In this document: piece after piece, positions 37,337-47,390 of the stretch
Layout of the letters: each line of letters opens with the position of its first letter
Numbering within the stretch: position 1 is the first letter of the stretch
Origin: Thermoleophilia bacterium
GTDB lineage: Bacteria > Actinomycetota > Thermoleophilia > Gaiellales > JAICJC01
Direction of reading: 5' to 3'
Assembly: GCA_025934255.1 (NCBI GenBank)
Contig: JAICYJ010000008.1
Span: 12,209 to 76,208, forward strand
Length of the DNA: 64,000 nucleotides
The notes under the pieces: generated by a model
Database searches by the model: none
Told to the model about the DNA's origin: nothing
What the model saw: the letters and a program-made list of their open reading frames with translations, nothing else
Made by a program: the position numbers and the translations under genes

Positions 37337-39027
37337 GCGACCCGTTTGGCCCGATCGGTTTCCAGGATTCTGATCACCACTATCGCTATGTCGTCCTGGG
37401 CCGGTGAGGACGAAAATGCAGCGACCGCATCGGCGACCGACCGCGCAGTGGCGGCCGCTTCCTGATCGGCCGCAGCGCTGAGGATATCGCGTAGCCGGCC
37501 CTCACCGAACTGCCTCTGGCCGTCGCGTCGCTCGGTGACCCCGTCGGTGAACAGCATCAGTGCATCGCCGGGATACAGGTGCAGAGTGTGATCGGTGATC
37601 TTGATGTCCTCGTACATCCCCAACAGCGTTCCGGGGCGGCCCGCTTGTTCGATCATCCCGTCCGCACGGCGGATCATTCCCGGCATGTGCCCTGCTACAG
37701 CCACTGTCGTGGTAAATCCGTCGGCGGTTGGCGTCATCGTCAGATAGATGGCGGTGCAGAACTGCGTGAAGTCGCTTCGAATGGCCGCGTCGTTGAGAAG
37801 CCGAAGCACGTCCGCCGGAGAGGTGGCGTGGAGAGCAGCCGCGCGCATGGTATGTCGTGCGAGGCTCGTCAAAGCCGCCGCCCGCGGTCCCTTGCCCTGG
37901 ACGTCGCCGATGGCGACACCGAATGCGCCGCCCTCGAACTTCCAGGCGTCGTAGAAGTCTCCTCCCACCTGGCTGCCCTCGCCGGCCGGCATGTAGACGG
38001 CACCGACCTCGACGCCGTCCAGGCTGGGCAGCGTGTCGGGGATCAGGCTCTGCTGCAGTGCGCGGTTGATCTCGATCTGCTCGCGAAACAGGCGCGCGTT
38101 GCTGATCGAAAGCGCCGCTCGGTGACCCAGATCCTCGGCGAGGATGAGGTCGTCCGCGGTGTAGGTCCGCCGCTGCTCAGCGGAGATCAACGTCAACGCG
38201 CCAAGCGTCTCACCATGAGCCGAGAGCGGCGCCACGATCGCCGAATGGAGGCCCAGGTCACGAAGAATCTGTCGCACATCGGGGTCGGGACTGGCTTCAT
38301 CGATCAACGCATCCGGGATCTCCGGCGTTAGCTCCGAGCGACCGGTACGAAGCACGTTCGCCACCCCTCGCGGGCTATCCGGATCTGGCGGGAACCGCTT
38401 TTGGAGTTCGTGTGCAAGCTCGACCTTCGCCGGATCGACGTGCGCGACCCCGACGTTTCGGATCATCCCGTTCTCCCACAGGTCGATCGCACACCAGTCC
38501 GCCAACCGCGGAACGGCAAGCTGCGCCAGTCGGCGCAACATGTGCTCATAGTCGCGTTCGAACTCGGTCAGAACCGCGCTCGCCTCTGCCATGAACGCCA
38601 GCGTCTCCTCGGCTCGGCGATGGTCGGTCAGGTCGTACATCGTCACCACGGCCCCGACCAGTTCGTCGTCGTCGTTCCGGATCGGGCCGGCGCTCAAGGC
38701 CAGCACTCCCTTGGTACCCGAAGCGAACTCCACGGAGATCTCCTCGTGGCTCACCGTCTCGCCCAGCCTCAGCGCCCGTCGCAGCGGCCACTCTTCCGGG
38801 CTGTACGGGCGTCCATCACGACCGAACCCGCGGTAGCCTCCGGTCAGGCCATCGCTCTGCGCCAGGCGCTGCCAGACCTGCTTCGCGTACCGGTTGGCGA
38901 ACAGGATCCGCTCGGAGCCAGCCTCGGCGATCGCCACGCCAAAGCCAAGATCCTCGACCGCCAGCGCCAGCCAGTGGCGCACCTCCCTGAGCAGCGCGGA
39001 ATCGCTCGGTGGATCCACCCGACTCAT
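37333..39027 (-). CDS. PAS-GAF-PP2C (SpoIIE/RsbU-like) phosphatase
   Basis: VGGDFYD, GDVQGKG, AGH, FTDGVTE, DDIA. Confidence 0.92.
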   Translation of the reverse strand: MSRVDPPSDSALLREVRHWLALAVEDLGFGVAIAEAGSERILFANRYAKQVWQRLAQSDGLTGGYRGFGRDGRPYSPEEWPLRRALRLGETVSHEEISVEFASGTKGVLALSAGPIRNDDDELVGAVVTMYDLTDHRRAEETLAFMAEASAVLTEFERDYEHMLRRLAQLAVPRLADWCAIDLWENGMIRNVGVAHVDPAKVELAHELQKRFPPDPDSPRGVANVLRTGRSELTPEIPDALIDEASPDPDVRQILRDLGLHSAIVAPLSAHGETLGALTLISAEQRRTYTADDLILAEDLGHRAALSISNARLFREQIEINRALQQSLIPDTLPSLDGVEVGAVYMPAGEGSQVGGDFYDAWKFEGGAFGVAIGDVQGKGPRAAALTSLARHTMRAAALHATSPADVLRLLNDAAIRSDFTQFCTAIYLTMTPTADGFTTTVAVAGHMPGMIRRADGMIEQAGRPGTLLGMYEDIKITDHTLHLYPGDALMLFTDGVTERRDGQRQFGEGRLRDILSAAADQEAAATARSVADAVAAFSSSPAQDDIAIVVIRILETDRAKRVA

Positions 39028-39083
39028 TTAGCACATTCCGCCGACTGATGCGTCTGGACGCTGCGCCCGATGGTGGCGTCCAA

Positions 39084-40226
39084 CTACCCCGACGGCAGCG
39101 GCAGCGAGAACTCCACGGTTGTGCCCTCGCCCGGGGCCGACGTCACCTCGAAGCTGCCGCCGTGCGCGCGGATCCGCTCGCGGACGGTGGCGATGCCCAT
39201 GCTCTTCGACGTACGCGACCGCCGCCGGTCGTCGGCAAAGCCGCGCCCGTCGTCGCGCACGGTCGCGTGCAGGCCGGCACGGCGCTCGGAAACGCTGATC
39301 GTCACGTTGCCGGCGCGGGCGTGACGGCGGACATTGATCAACGCCTCCCGGATCGTGCGGTAGGCCAGCGTCTCGATGTCGACCGGGTAGCGGCCGAGCC
39401 GCGTGCGTACGGTCACCTCGGCCCCGGTGTCGCGGTGCAGCGCATCGGCCAGGTCGCGGATCGCCGCACCCAGACCGGCTGCCTCGAGCAGCTGCGGCCG
39501 CAGTTCGAAGGTGAGCCGGCGGGTGCGGTCAGTGGCCTCCGCCAGCGTCGCGCGGGCCTTCGCGATGGCGCCACGGGCCGCCTCCACCTCGCCGCTTCGC
39601 AGGTGCCGCTCGCTGCGGTCGAGCTCGAACAGCGTCGCGATCATCACCTGGATCGCGTCGTCGTGCAGCTCGCCCGCGATCCGCGAGCGCTGCTCGCTCT
39701 CGGCGTTGATGATCTCCTCGAGTAGCGATTGCCGCCGCCGCTCGATGTCGCGCAGCGTCTGGGAGTGCTCGCGCTCGTCGGTGACGTCGCGGTAGTTGAG
39801 CACGATCCCGCGCACGGCCGGGTCGTGCAACAGGTTCGTGGCGACGCCCTCGACCCGGCGCCAGGAGCCGTCGCTGTGCCGCAGCCGGAACTCGCCCGGT
39901 AGCTGCGCCCCCGGCTTGCCGGCCAGCTGCTGGAGCACGCGCACGGCGCGGGCGGCGTCCTCCGGCGGCATCAGCTCGAGCGGTGAGCGGCCCTCGAACC
40001 ACTCCGGCGGCCGCCCCACCACGCGCCCCATCGAGGGGTTGTGGTAGACGACGACGCCGCTGGCATCCACGATCGTGACCGCCTCGCGGGCGTGCTCGAC
40101 CAGCGCCCGGTAGAGCCGGCCGACGTCCCCGGACGGATCCTGCTGCGACCCGCCGCGCGCGGACGCGACGACGTCGCCCCCAGCCGCTGGAGCGGTGCCG
40201 GTGGAGCCGTGAGGTCGCCCGGCCAT
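39084..40226 (-). CDS. PAS-domain HisKA_3 sensor histidine kinase
   Basis: RIAGELHD, LRP, EALINV.RHA, DDGRGF. Confidence 0.9.
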   Translation of the reverse strand: MAGRPHGSTGTAPAAGGDVVASARGGSQQDPSGDVGRLYRALVEHAREAVTIVDASGVVVYHNPSMGRVVGRPPEWFEGRSPLELMPPEDAARAVRVLQQLAGKPGAQLPGEFRLRHSDGSWRRVEGVATNLLHDPAVRGIVLNYRDVTDEREHSQTLRDIERRRQSLLEEIINAESEQRSRIAGELHDDAIQVMIATLFELDRSERHLRSGEVEAARGAIAKARATLAEATDRTRRLTFELRPQLLEAAGLGAAIRDLADALHRDTGAEVTVRTRLGRYPVDIETLAYRTIREALINVRRHARAGNVTISVSERRAGLHATVRDDGRGFADDRRRSRTSKSMGIATVRERIRAHGGSFEVTSAPGEGTTVEFSLPLPSG

Positions 40227-40283
40227 GTGTCCTTCCTCGCATGCATGGTGCCAGCCCCGCGATCACATGGCAATAAACCTGAC

Positions 40284-41615
40284 TCAGGCAAACAGCGGCA
40301 GGTACCGCGCGTTCGCCTCCAGCAGCTCGTCCATCATCGTGCGGGTCTGGTCGAGATCCAGCCGCGACGCCGTGTTGGGGTCGAGCATGAAGGCGTGCAG
40401 CGCCTGCTCGCGATCGCCGCTCAGCGCGGCCAGCACCACCTGCTGCTGGAAGTCGAAGAAGCGGCGCAGGTGCGCTGCCAGCGTCTCGGGCAGCGGGCCG
40501 GTCTGGATCGGCCGGATGCCGTAGGCGTTGATCTGCGCGTTCACCTCGACGATCGCCTCGTCCGGCAGGTTCGGAATGGTGCCCTCGTTGGGCGCGTTCA
40601 CGACCAGCGTGATGTTGCCGTTGTCGACGATCGCCTCGATCAGGTCGATCACCTCGATGCCCTCGTCCTCGTCTCCCTTGGGCAGGTCAGCCAGGGTCAC
40701 CGGCGCGGCGCCCTCCGCCGTCCAGGTCTCGGCCAGCTGCTCCAGGCCGCGCACGCGCGACCGCTCGTACGCCATGTCGTGGGTGGTGATGCCGTAGCGC
40801 ATCGACACCCCCTGGGCGGTGCCGGCATAGGGCGCTTCCAGCCGCTGCATCTGCGGGAAGAACTCGGTCCAGTGCGACCAGCAGTAGGGCAGCACCCCGT
40901 AGCGGTCGAGCACCCACTTCACGATCGGCTCGGTCGCGCGCTCGTGCACCAGCGGCATTGCATCCGTGCCGTCGGTCAGCCGCAGCTGCTGGATCGACGC
41001 GCAGTGGTTGATGCCCGCCACCACCGGCGGCATCGCGATCCGGTCGGGGGCGACGCCGACCTGATCGGCCAGCCACTCCCGGCTGCTGGGATGGCCGGTG
41101 CAGGAGCAGAGCGCGTAGGACCGCACCTGCGGCGCCGCGGCCCGCATCGCGAGCGCCTCGATCGGGGCCGGGTTGGTGTAGTTGAACACCCACGCGTCGG
41201 GCGCAACCTCGGCGGCGTTGCGGGCCACGTCGGCCAGCACCGGCGCGTTGCGGAACGCGCGCATGATCCCGCCCGGCCCCACCGAGTCGCCGACGTGCAT
41301 GACGATGCCGTGGCGGCCGGGGATCTCGAGATCGTTGGCCCAGGCGTCCATGCCGCCAACCGAGATGGCGGCGATCACGAAGTCGGCGCCGGCCAGCGAC
41401 GCGCGCTGGTCGGTGGTACTGGTGACGCGCAGGTCGCTGTTCTCGTTCGCGATCAGCTTGTCCGCCAGCGACTGCATCACAGACAGCCGGCCCTCGTCGA
41501 CGTCCATCAGCGTCACCTGCGAGGAGCCCAGCACGGGCGACTGCATCAGCCGCCGCACCAGCAGCGGGACGAAGCTGCTGCTGCCTCCGCCGATGATCGT
41601 GACCTTGGTTGCCAT
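40284..41615 (-). CDS. GH4 glycoside hydrolase (alpha-galactosidase/glucosidase-like)
   Basis: IGGGS, GDSVGPGG, NYTNP, ALCSC, GINH. Confidence 0.9.
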   Translation of the reverse strand: MATKVTIIGGGSSSFVPLLVRRLMQSPVLGSSQVTLMDVDEGRLSVMQSLADKLIANENSDLRVTSTTDQRASLAGADFVIAAISVGGMDAWANDLEIPGRHGIVMHVGDSVGPGGIMRAFRNAPVLADVARNAAEVAPDAWVFNYTNPAPIEALAMRAAAPQVRSYALCSCTGHPSSREWLADQVGVAPDRIAMPPVVAGINHCASIQQLRLTDGTDAMPLVHERATEPIVKWVLDRYGVLPYCWSHWTEFFPQMQRLEAPYAGTAQGVSMRYGITTHDMAYERSRVRGLEQLAETWTAEGAAPVTLADLPKGDEDEGIEVIDLIEAIVDNGNITLVVNAPNEGTIPNLPDEAIVEVNAQINAYGIRPIQTGPLPETLAAHLRRFFDFQQQVVLAALSGDREQALHAFMLDPNTASRLDLDQTRTMMDELLEANARYLPLFA

Positions 41616-41638
41616 CTGCCGGCGTCCTTTCGCTGGGG

Positions 41639-42358
41639 TCAGTTCATCGAGTCGTCGCTCATGGGCAGGATCGTGGCCTCGAGCACGCGGTGCGTGCGCG
41701 GCCGCGTGACGGCGTGCACCACGGCGTCGGCGACCTCCTGCGGCCGCATCATGTCGGCCAGGTCGGGATCCTGCGGCGTGCGGCCGCGGCCCATGGCGAA
41801 CTCGGTGTGCACCCCGCCCGGCGCGATCGTGGAGCAGCGCACGCCGCGCCGGTACAGCTCGTGGTCGAGCGAGCGCATGAACCCAACCTGGGCGAACTTC
41901 GAGGCCGAGTAGACGGCCTCGCCCTCCGGCCCGCGCTGCCCCGCCACCGACGCGACCACCACGAGGTCGGCGCTGTCGCTGTCCAGCAGGTGCGGCAGGG
42001 CCGCCCGCACCGTGTACAGCAGCCCCTTGACGTTGGTGTCGATCATCTCCTCGAGGTACTCCGGATCGAGGTCGAGGAAGTCGCCGTAGGCGCCCACCCC
42101 CGCGTTCGCGACCACGATGTCGATCCCGCCGAAGCGCTCGGCCGCCTCTGCCACCAGCGCCTCGATCTGCTCGGGCCGGCGCACGTCGCAGGGCCGTGCC
42201 AGGGCACCGTCGATGCCGACGTCGTCGGCGCGGCGCGATGCCAGCGCCAGCTTCGCGCCGCCGGCCGCCAGCGCCTGTGCGGTCGCCGTTCCGATGCCGC
42301 TGCTGGCTCCGGTCACCAGCGCCACGCGACCCTCGACTGTGCTCACGACGGCTCCCAT
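41639..42358 (-). CDS. SDR oxidoreductase
   Basis: TGASSGIG, NAG, YSASK. Confidence 0.92.
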   Translation of the reverse strand: MGAVVSTVEGRVALVTGASSGIGTATAQALAAGGAKLALASRRADDVGIDGALARPCDVRRPEQIEALVAEAAERFGGIDIVVANAGVGAYGDFLDLDPEYLEEMIDTNVKGLLYTVRAALPHLLDSDSADLVVVASVAGQRGPEGEAVYSASKFAQVGFMRSLDHELYRRGVRCSTIAPGGVHTEFAMGRGRTPQDPDLADMMRPQEVADAVVHAVTRPRTHRVLEATILPMSDDSMN

Positions 42359-42359
42359 C

Positions 42360-44279
42360 TCAGCAGTGGTGGTCAGAATCCGGCTCGGACGGCGGGACGT
42401 CGAGCGCCGGGTTCCGCTCGAAGAACCCGACCGGCTTCAGCTTGAACCCCGCCGTCGCCACCGGCATCACCGGCCAGTCCTCGGGCCGGGGAACGTGGTG
42501 GTGGCCGAACGTATACCAGACCACGATGTCCTCGCCGTCGATCGGCCGGTCGGCGCTCGTCCACTCCGGCAGGCCGGCACCGCCGGGGTGCAGGTTGGGA
42601 TACTCCCCGGCCGCGTAGCGCTCGTCGCGGCGGTACGGCGTCACCCACAGGTGCTGTCGGATGAAGCCGGCGCGCTTGCTGACCGGAGCATCCGGCTGCG
42701 CGAACGGGAACGTTGTCTCCCCAGGCACCAGCCGGTAGGCGATCGGCTGCCCGAGGCGATGCAGCCGCCCCGGGTTGACGATCTCCCACCACCGCGCCGA
42801 GCGCGTGTCGACGGTGCGGCGGGCGGCGTGCTCGGTGGCCAGGCGCTGCCGCTGCGGCCGGAAGGCGTTGCCGTGGGGGTTGGCTGCCCCGGGCGGGAGC
42901 GACTCCGTCCAGACCTCGTCGACAGCGTTTCGCTGCCCGTCGACGTCCATGTCGAGCCGCATGTTGAAGAAGTGCTGGTGCACCATCGCGTTCAGGCCGG
43001 GGGCCACCAGGGTGCCGTGCTCAGGCTGCACGCCCGGGGCCACGGCGCCGGTCGAGAGCACCCCGGTCAGCTTCACCTCGAACTCGATCATGCCGTCCTG
43101 GTACAGGTACCAGAAGAACCCGTAGTCGTAGTTGCCGATCGCCGAGAACGACGAGACCACCAGCCGCCGCGAGCGCCGCACCTCACCGGAGCCGTCGCGC
43201 CACTCGATGTGCCGCCACAGCACGCCCACGTCCTCCTCGTGGATGCAGATCGCGTTCGGTATCGGCACCGGAGCGCCGCTCGGGTCGGACACGACGGCGT
43301 CCAGGTAGGCGATCTCGCCCAGGCAGTCGCAGCCGCGCGTGAGCGGTGATGCGGCCAGGCCGACGCCGTTCTCACCGCCGTCGAAGGCGTTCTTGAAGTA
43401 GTGCATCGGGCTGGGATCGCCGTAGGGCACCACCATCTCCGACAGCGAGGCCCGGTACAGGATCGGCCGCAGACGCCCGCCGTCCTCGTAGCCCACGCGG
43501 TTCAGCACCAGGCCCTCGCGCGGGGTGAACCCGACGTGCAGCTGCCAGCGCTGCCACCGCAGCAGGTGTCCCTCCAGGGTGAAGCCGGGGCCCTGGGGCT
43601 GCGTGATCAGAAGCGGGGCGATGTCGTCGCGCAGCGGCGCCCCGGCGGCGACGTCGAAGTTGCCGCTCTCGGGCGGGATCGGCACCACCCCGTGGTCGTC
43701 CACCCGCAGCACCTCGAGCGTGTTCAGGTCGAGCAACACGATCACCCCGTCGACGGGGTGCGCCCACTCGCTGTCGCCCGGCGCCGGCTTCAGGAAGGCC
43801 ACCGCCCGGCACAGCCGCTGGCCCGTCTCCTCGTCCGGGCCGAAGTGGCCGGCCGGCCACGCGTCCACCTGCACGATGCCCATGTCGGTCACCCCGCGCC
43901 GCGCCATCGCAGCCTGGAACTCCGGGTCGAGCAGCACCGCCTGCTCCGCCTCGACCAGCTCCGAGACCACCGCCATCGGCTGGACGTCCGAACGCCGCAC
44001 CCAGCGCGTGACCTCACCCGAGCCCACCGCCACCGTCGCCTCCACCGTCTCGCGTGCCGACCGGTCGAGGATCACCACCTCCGCCTCCCGGTCGGGCTCG
44101 GCGCCACCCCGTTCCCACTCCAGCAGCGCCCGCTTGTCGGGCTCCAGCAGCGCGATCGTGACGAAGCGGCTGTCCTCGCCCAGGTCCCGCCGGCGGCAGG
44201 CACCAGCCGCCGCCTCGATCTCACCCGCGTCCAGCGGATCCAGTGGGTGTGTCAGCGCGCGCTCTTGTAATCCCCCCAT
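42360..44279 (-). CDS. tynA: Copper-containing (TPQ) primary amine oxidase
   Basis: HPLDPL, IGNYDY TPQ motif, HQH, H.PRPEDWPVMP; start uncertain. Confidence 0.92.
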   Translation of the reverse strand: MGGLQERALTHPLDPLDAGEIEAAAGACRRRDLGEDSRFVTIALLEPDKRALLEWERGGAEPDREAEVVILDRSARETVEATVAVGSGEVTRWVRRSDVQPMAVVSELVEAEQAVLLDPEFQAAMARRGVTDMGIVQVDAWPAGHFGPDEETGQRLCRAVAFLKPAPGDSEWAHPVDGVIVLLDLNTLEVLRVDDHGVVPIPPESGNFDVAAGAPLRDDIAPLLITQPQGPGFTLEGHLLRWQRWQLHVGFTPREGLVLNRVGYEDGGRLRPILYRASLSEMVVPYGDPSPMHYFKNAFDGGENGVGLAASPLTRGCDCLGEIAYLDAVVSDPSGAPVPIPNAICIHEEDVGVLWRHIEWRDGSGEVRRSRRLVVSSFSAIGNYDYGFFWYLYQDGMIEFEVKLTGVLSTGAVAPGVQPEHGTLVAPGLNAMVHQHFFNMRLDMDVDGQRNAVDEVWTESLPPGAANPHGNAFRPQRQRLATEHAARRTVDTRSARWWEIVNPGRLHRLGQPIAYRLVPGETTFPFAQPDAPVSKRAGFIRQHLWVTPYRRDERYAAGEYPNLHPGGAGLPEWTSADRPIDGEDIVVWYTFGHHHVPRPEDWPVMPVATAGFKLKPVGFFERNPALDVPPSEPDSDHHC

Positions 44280-44344
44280 ACGGTCTCGTAGTATGGCGCT
44301 CCGCTTGCTCCGATGAGCGCCCAACCAGCAACGAGGGAGACGTT

Positions 44345-45634
44345 GTGAACCGACGACTGCGGTGGACACTGTTCTCGGCGATGGCGATCGCGGCCGCGCT
44401 GTTCGCGGCGTCGTGCGGCGGCAGCTCCAGCTCCAGCGGTTCCAGCGCCTCGAGCGAGTCGATCAGGGGCCAGACGATCACCGTGCTCGTGCCCTACGTG
44501 ATGCCCCAGAAGCTGCTCAACCAGTTCACCGCTGAGACGGGCGTCAACGTCAACTACGTCCGCACCGGCTGGGATGCCACCCACAACAAGCTGATCGTCG
44601 CGAACACGGCCAAGACCTACATCGCCGACGTGGCCGAGTTCGACTGGTCGTTCACCGGCCAGTTCGCGGGCGCCGGCTGGGTGGAGCCGCTCGACAACCT
44701 GCTGCCGGCAAAGACGCTGGCCGACCTCAAGAGCACCGACGCCGCGTTCGTGTCGGGCGGAAAGACCTATGCGGCCTGCTACTCGAACGATTTCCGGCTG
44801 TCCATGTACAACAAGCAGATGTTCGCCAAGGCGGGCATCACCTCGTTCCCGGCCACGTTCGACGAGCTGGCGACCGACATCCAGAAGCTGCAGGCGTCGG
44901 GCGTCAAGTACCCGCTGCAGATCCCGATGGCTGCCACCGAGGGCGGCATCACTCCCTGGTACCTGCTGACGCTGGCGATGGGCGGCCAGCTGTTCGACCA
45001 GAACCTGAAGCCGGTCTTCCAGACGCCCGACTCGGCGGGCTACAAGGCGCTGCAGTGGGAGGCGGACGCGGTCAAGAACGGCTGGGTCTCCCCGGGCTCG
45101 GTGGCGTTGAACGACGACGTCGCCCTGAACGACTTCCTGGCAGGGCAGAGCGCGATCCTGTTCGCGACCGGCCCCGGCAACCTGCCCACCGCCAACGACC
45201 CCAGCCAGTCCAGCATCGTCGGCAAGGCGGCCCTCGGCCTGGTGCCGGGCGTCGACGGCCCGGGCGCCTCGTTCGGCCTGCCGGAGGGGCTCTCGATCCC
45301 GGTCACGGCCAAGCACAAGGCGGCCGCCGCGGCGTTCATCAACTGGTGGGAGCAGCCCAAGAACGCGATCGCCATCTACAAGACGCAGGGCAGCCTCCCG
45401 TGCGGGACGTCCACCATCAAGCAGATGGTGGCGACGGGCCAGCTGCAGGGCGGCGACGTCCTCAACCAGGAGCTGACCCACGTGGGCCCGCTGTTCCAGG
45501 CCGGCGCGCCGATCTGGTACTCGCAGTTCAGCGCCGACGCGCAGGGGCTGGCCAACGCGGCTGTCAAGGGCCAGATGAGCGTGCAGGACGCGCTCACCCA
45601 GCTCGCTGACAAGGCGTCCGCGCGCACCCAGTAG
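44345..45634 (+). CDS. Sugar ABC transporter substrate-binding lipoprotein
   Basis: RBS gaggga; lipobox FAASC; YNKQMF.KAG. Confidence 0.9.
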   Translation: MNRRLRWTLFSAMAIAAALFAASCGGSSSSSGSSASSESIRGQTITVLVPYVMPQKLLNQFTAETGVNVNYVRTGWDATHNKLIVANTAKTYIADVAEFDWSFTGQFAGAGWVEPLDNLLPAKTLADLKSTDAAFVSGGKTYAACYSNDFRLSMYNKQMFAKAGITSFPATFDELATDIQKLQASGVKYPLQIPMAATEGGITPWYLLTLAMGGQLFDQNLKPVFQTPDSAGYKALQWEADAVKNGWVSPGSVALNDDVALNDFLAGQSAILFATGPGNLPTANDPSQSSIVGKAALGLVPGVDGPGASFGLPEGLSIPVTAKHKAAAAAFINWWEQPKNAIAIYKTQGSLPCGTSTIKQMVATGQLQGGDVLNQELTHVGPLFQAGAPIWYSQFSADAQGLANAAVKGQMSVQDALTQLADKASARTQ

Positions 45635-46536
45635 TGCCGGGCCGCTGGAACCGGGAGGGCGATCGCAGCGCCCGCGAGACCCAGATCCTTGGGTGGATCC
45701 TGGTCGTCCCGGCGATGGCGGCCGTGGGCGCGCTGATCCTGTACCCGCTGGTCAAGGGCTTCCAGCAGAGCATCCAGTCAGGCGGCATCCTGTTCGGCGA
45801 GCTGCCGGGATACGTCGGCACCCGCAACTACCGCGACGTGCTCAACGACCCGACCTCGCGCGACGCGATGCGCCACACCCTGGAGTACGTGCTGCTGGCG
45901 GTCTCGCTGGAGCTGGTGCTCGGCATCTTCGTCGCGGTCACCCTGCACCGGGTGTTCCGCGGGCGCGGCTTCGTGCTGGCCGTGCTGATCCTGCCCTGGG
46001 CGCTTCCGTCGGTGGTCTCCGGCGTGCTCTGGCGCAGGGTGTTCGACCCCGACAACGGCCTCCTGAACAGCGTGCTCTTGCACCTGCACATCATCAACCA
46101 GCCGCAGGTCTGGCTGGCCAGCGGCCGCGGCGCGATCATCTACATCACGCTCGTGCACGTGTGGGGGGTGCTGCCGCTGATCAGCCTGATCTTCCTGGCC
46201 GGACTGCAGAGCGTGCCCGACGAGGTCTACAGCGCCTCGGCCGTCGACGGGGCCGGTCCGTGGCGGCAGTTCCGCTACATCACCCTGCCCCTGCTGCGGC
46301 CGTCAATGGCGATCGCGCTGACCGTCGGGACGCTGCTTGCGATCAGCATCTTCGACGAGATCTACGTGCTGAACGGCACCGCCCTGAACACGCGCTCGAT
46401 CCTGATCCAGGTCTACAACACCACCTTCGTCGAGGCCGACTTCGCCCACGGCACCGCGCTCGCGTTCGTGCTTGCCGCTGTCACCGCCGTGCTGGGCGGG
46501 TTCTACGCGCTGGCGCTGCGGAGGTCGACCGTATGA
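45634..46536 (+). CDS. Carbohydrate ABC permease
   Basis: EAA-like loop YSASAVDGA, TLPLLRP. Confidence 0.92.
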   Translation: MPGRWNREGDRSARETQILGWILVVPAMAAVGALILYPLVKGFQQSIQSGGILFGELPGYVGTRNYRDVLNDPTSRDAMRHTLEYVLLAVSLELVLGIFVAVTLHRVFRGRGFVLAVLILPWALPSVVSGVLWRRVFDPDNGLLNSVLLHLHIINQPQVWLASGRGAIIYITLVHVWGVLPLISLIFLAGLQSVPDEVYSASAVDGAGPWRQFRYITLPLLRPSMAIALTVGTLLAISIFDEIYVLNGTALNTRSILIQVYNTTFVEADFAHGTALAFVLAAVTAVLGGFYALALRRSTV

Positions 46537-47390
46537 CCACCACGTTGGGCATGCGGGTGCTGAAGGCGCTGGCGGTGACGCTGATCGTGGTCTGGTCGCT
46601 GGCGCCGATCGTGCTGGGGGTGACCACCAGCCTCTCCACGCAGCGCGAGGTGAACGAGGGGCCCAGCCACTGGTTTCCGCACCATCCCACCACCCAGGCC
46701 TACCGCGCCCTGATCGGCGGCACCACCGGCGAGCACTCCGGCGGCACCGTCACCCAGCGCGGCGAGTTCGTGCAGTCGATGTGGGTCAGCGCCGAGCTGG
46801 CGCTGCTGTCCGCCGGCCTGACGCTGGTGGTGGCCACGATGGCGGCCTACGCCTTCGGCCGGCTGCGGTTCCGGTTCGGCGGGTTCCTGCTGGCGCTGCT
46901 TGTGGGCACGATGGTGGTGCCCATCTTCGTGGTCGTGATCGCCCTGTTCAAGTTGATGGCGAACGCCCACCTGATCGACACCAAGAAGGGGCTGGTGCTG
47001 GTGTTCGTGGCCACGCTGACGCCGCTCGCCACCTGGCTGCTCTACACGCAGGTGCGCGAGATGCCGGCCGAGCCGGAGGAGGCGGCGCTGATCGATGGCT
47101 GCCGCCGCTGGCAGGCATTCGTGCGGGTCGTGATCCCGCAGATGAGCTCTGGCATCGCGGCGGTGGCGGCGATCCTGGCGCTGTCGGTGTGGGGTGAGTT
47201 CCTGATCCCGCTGCTCTTGACCCAGACCCAGAACGCGAAGCCTGTGACGGTGCTGATCACCGAGTACGTCGGTAAGTACACGACCAACTACCCGATCCTG
47301 GCCGCGGGCGGCGTGCTGGCGCTGATCCCGCCGGCGCTGCTGGCCCTGGCCCTGAACAAGCGCATCACCGGCATGCTGGCGGGCTCGTGA
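46533..47390 (+). CDS. Carbohydrate ABC permease
   Basis: EEAALIDGC, WGEF; ATGA overlap. Confidence 0.92.
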   Translation: MTTTLGMRVLKALAVTLIVVWSLAPIVLGVTTSLSTQREVNEGPSHWFPHHPTTQAYRALIGGTTGEHSGGTVTQRGEFVQSMWVSAELALLSAGLTLVVATMAAYAFGRLRFRFGGFLLALLVGTMVVPIFVVVIALFKLMANAHLIDTKKGLVLVFVATLTPLATWLLYTQVREMPAEPEEAALIDGCRRWQAFVRVVIPQMSSGIAAVAAILALSVWGEFLIPLLLTQTQNAKPVTVLITEYVGKYTTNYPILAAGGVLALIPPALLALALNKRITGMLAGS

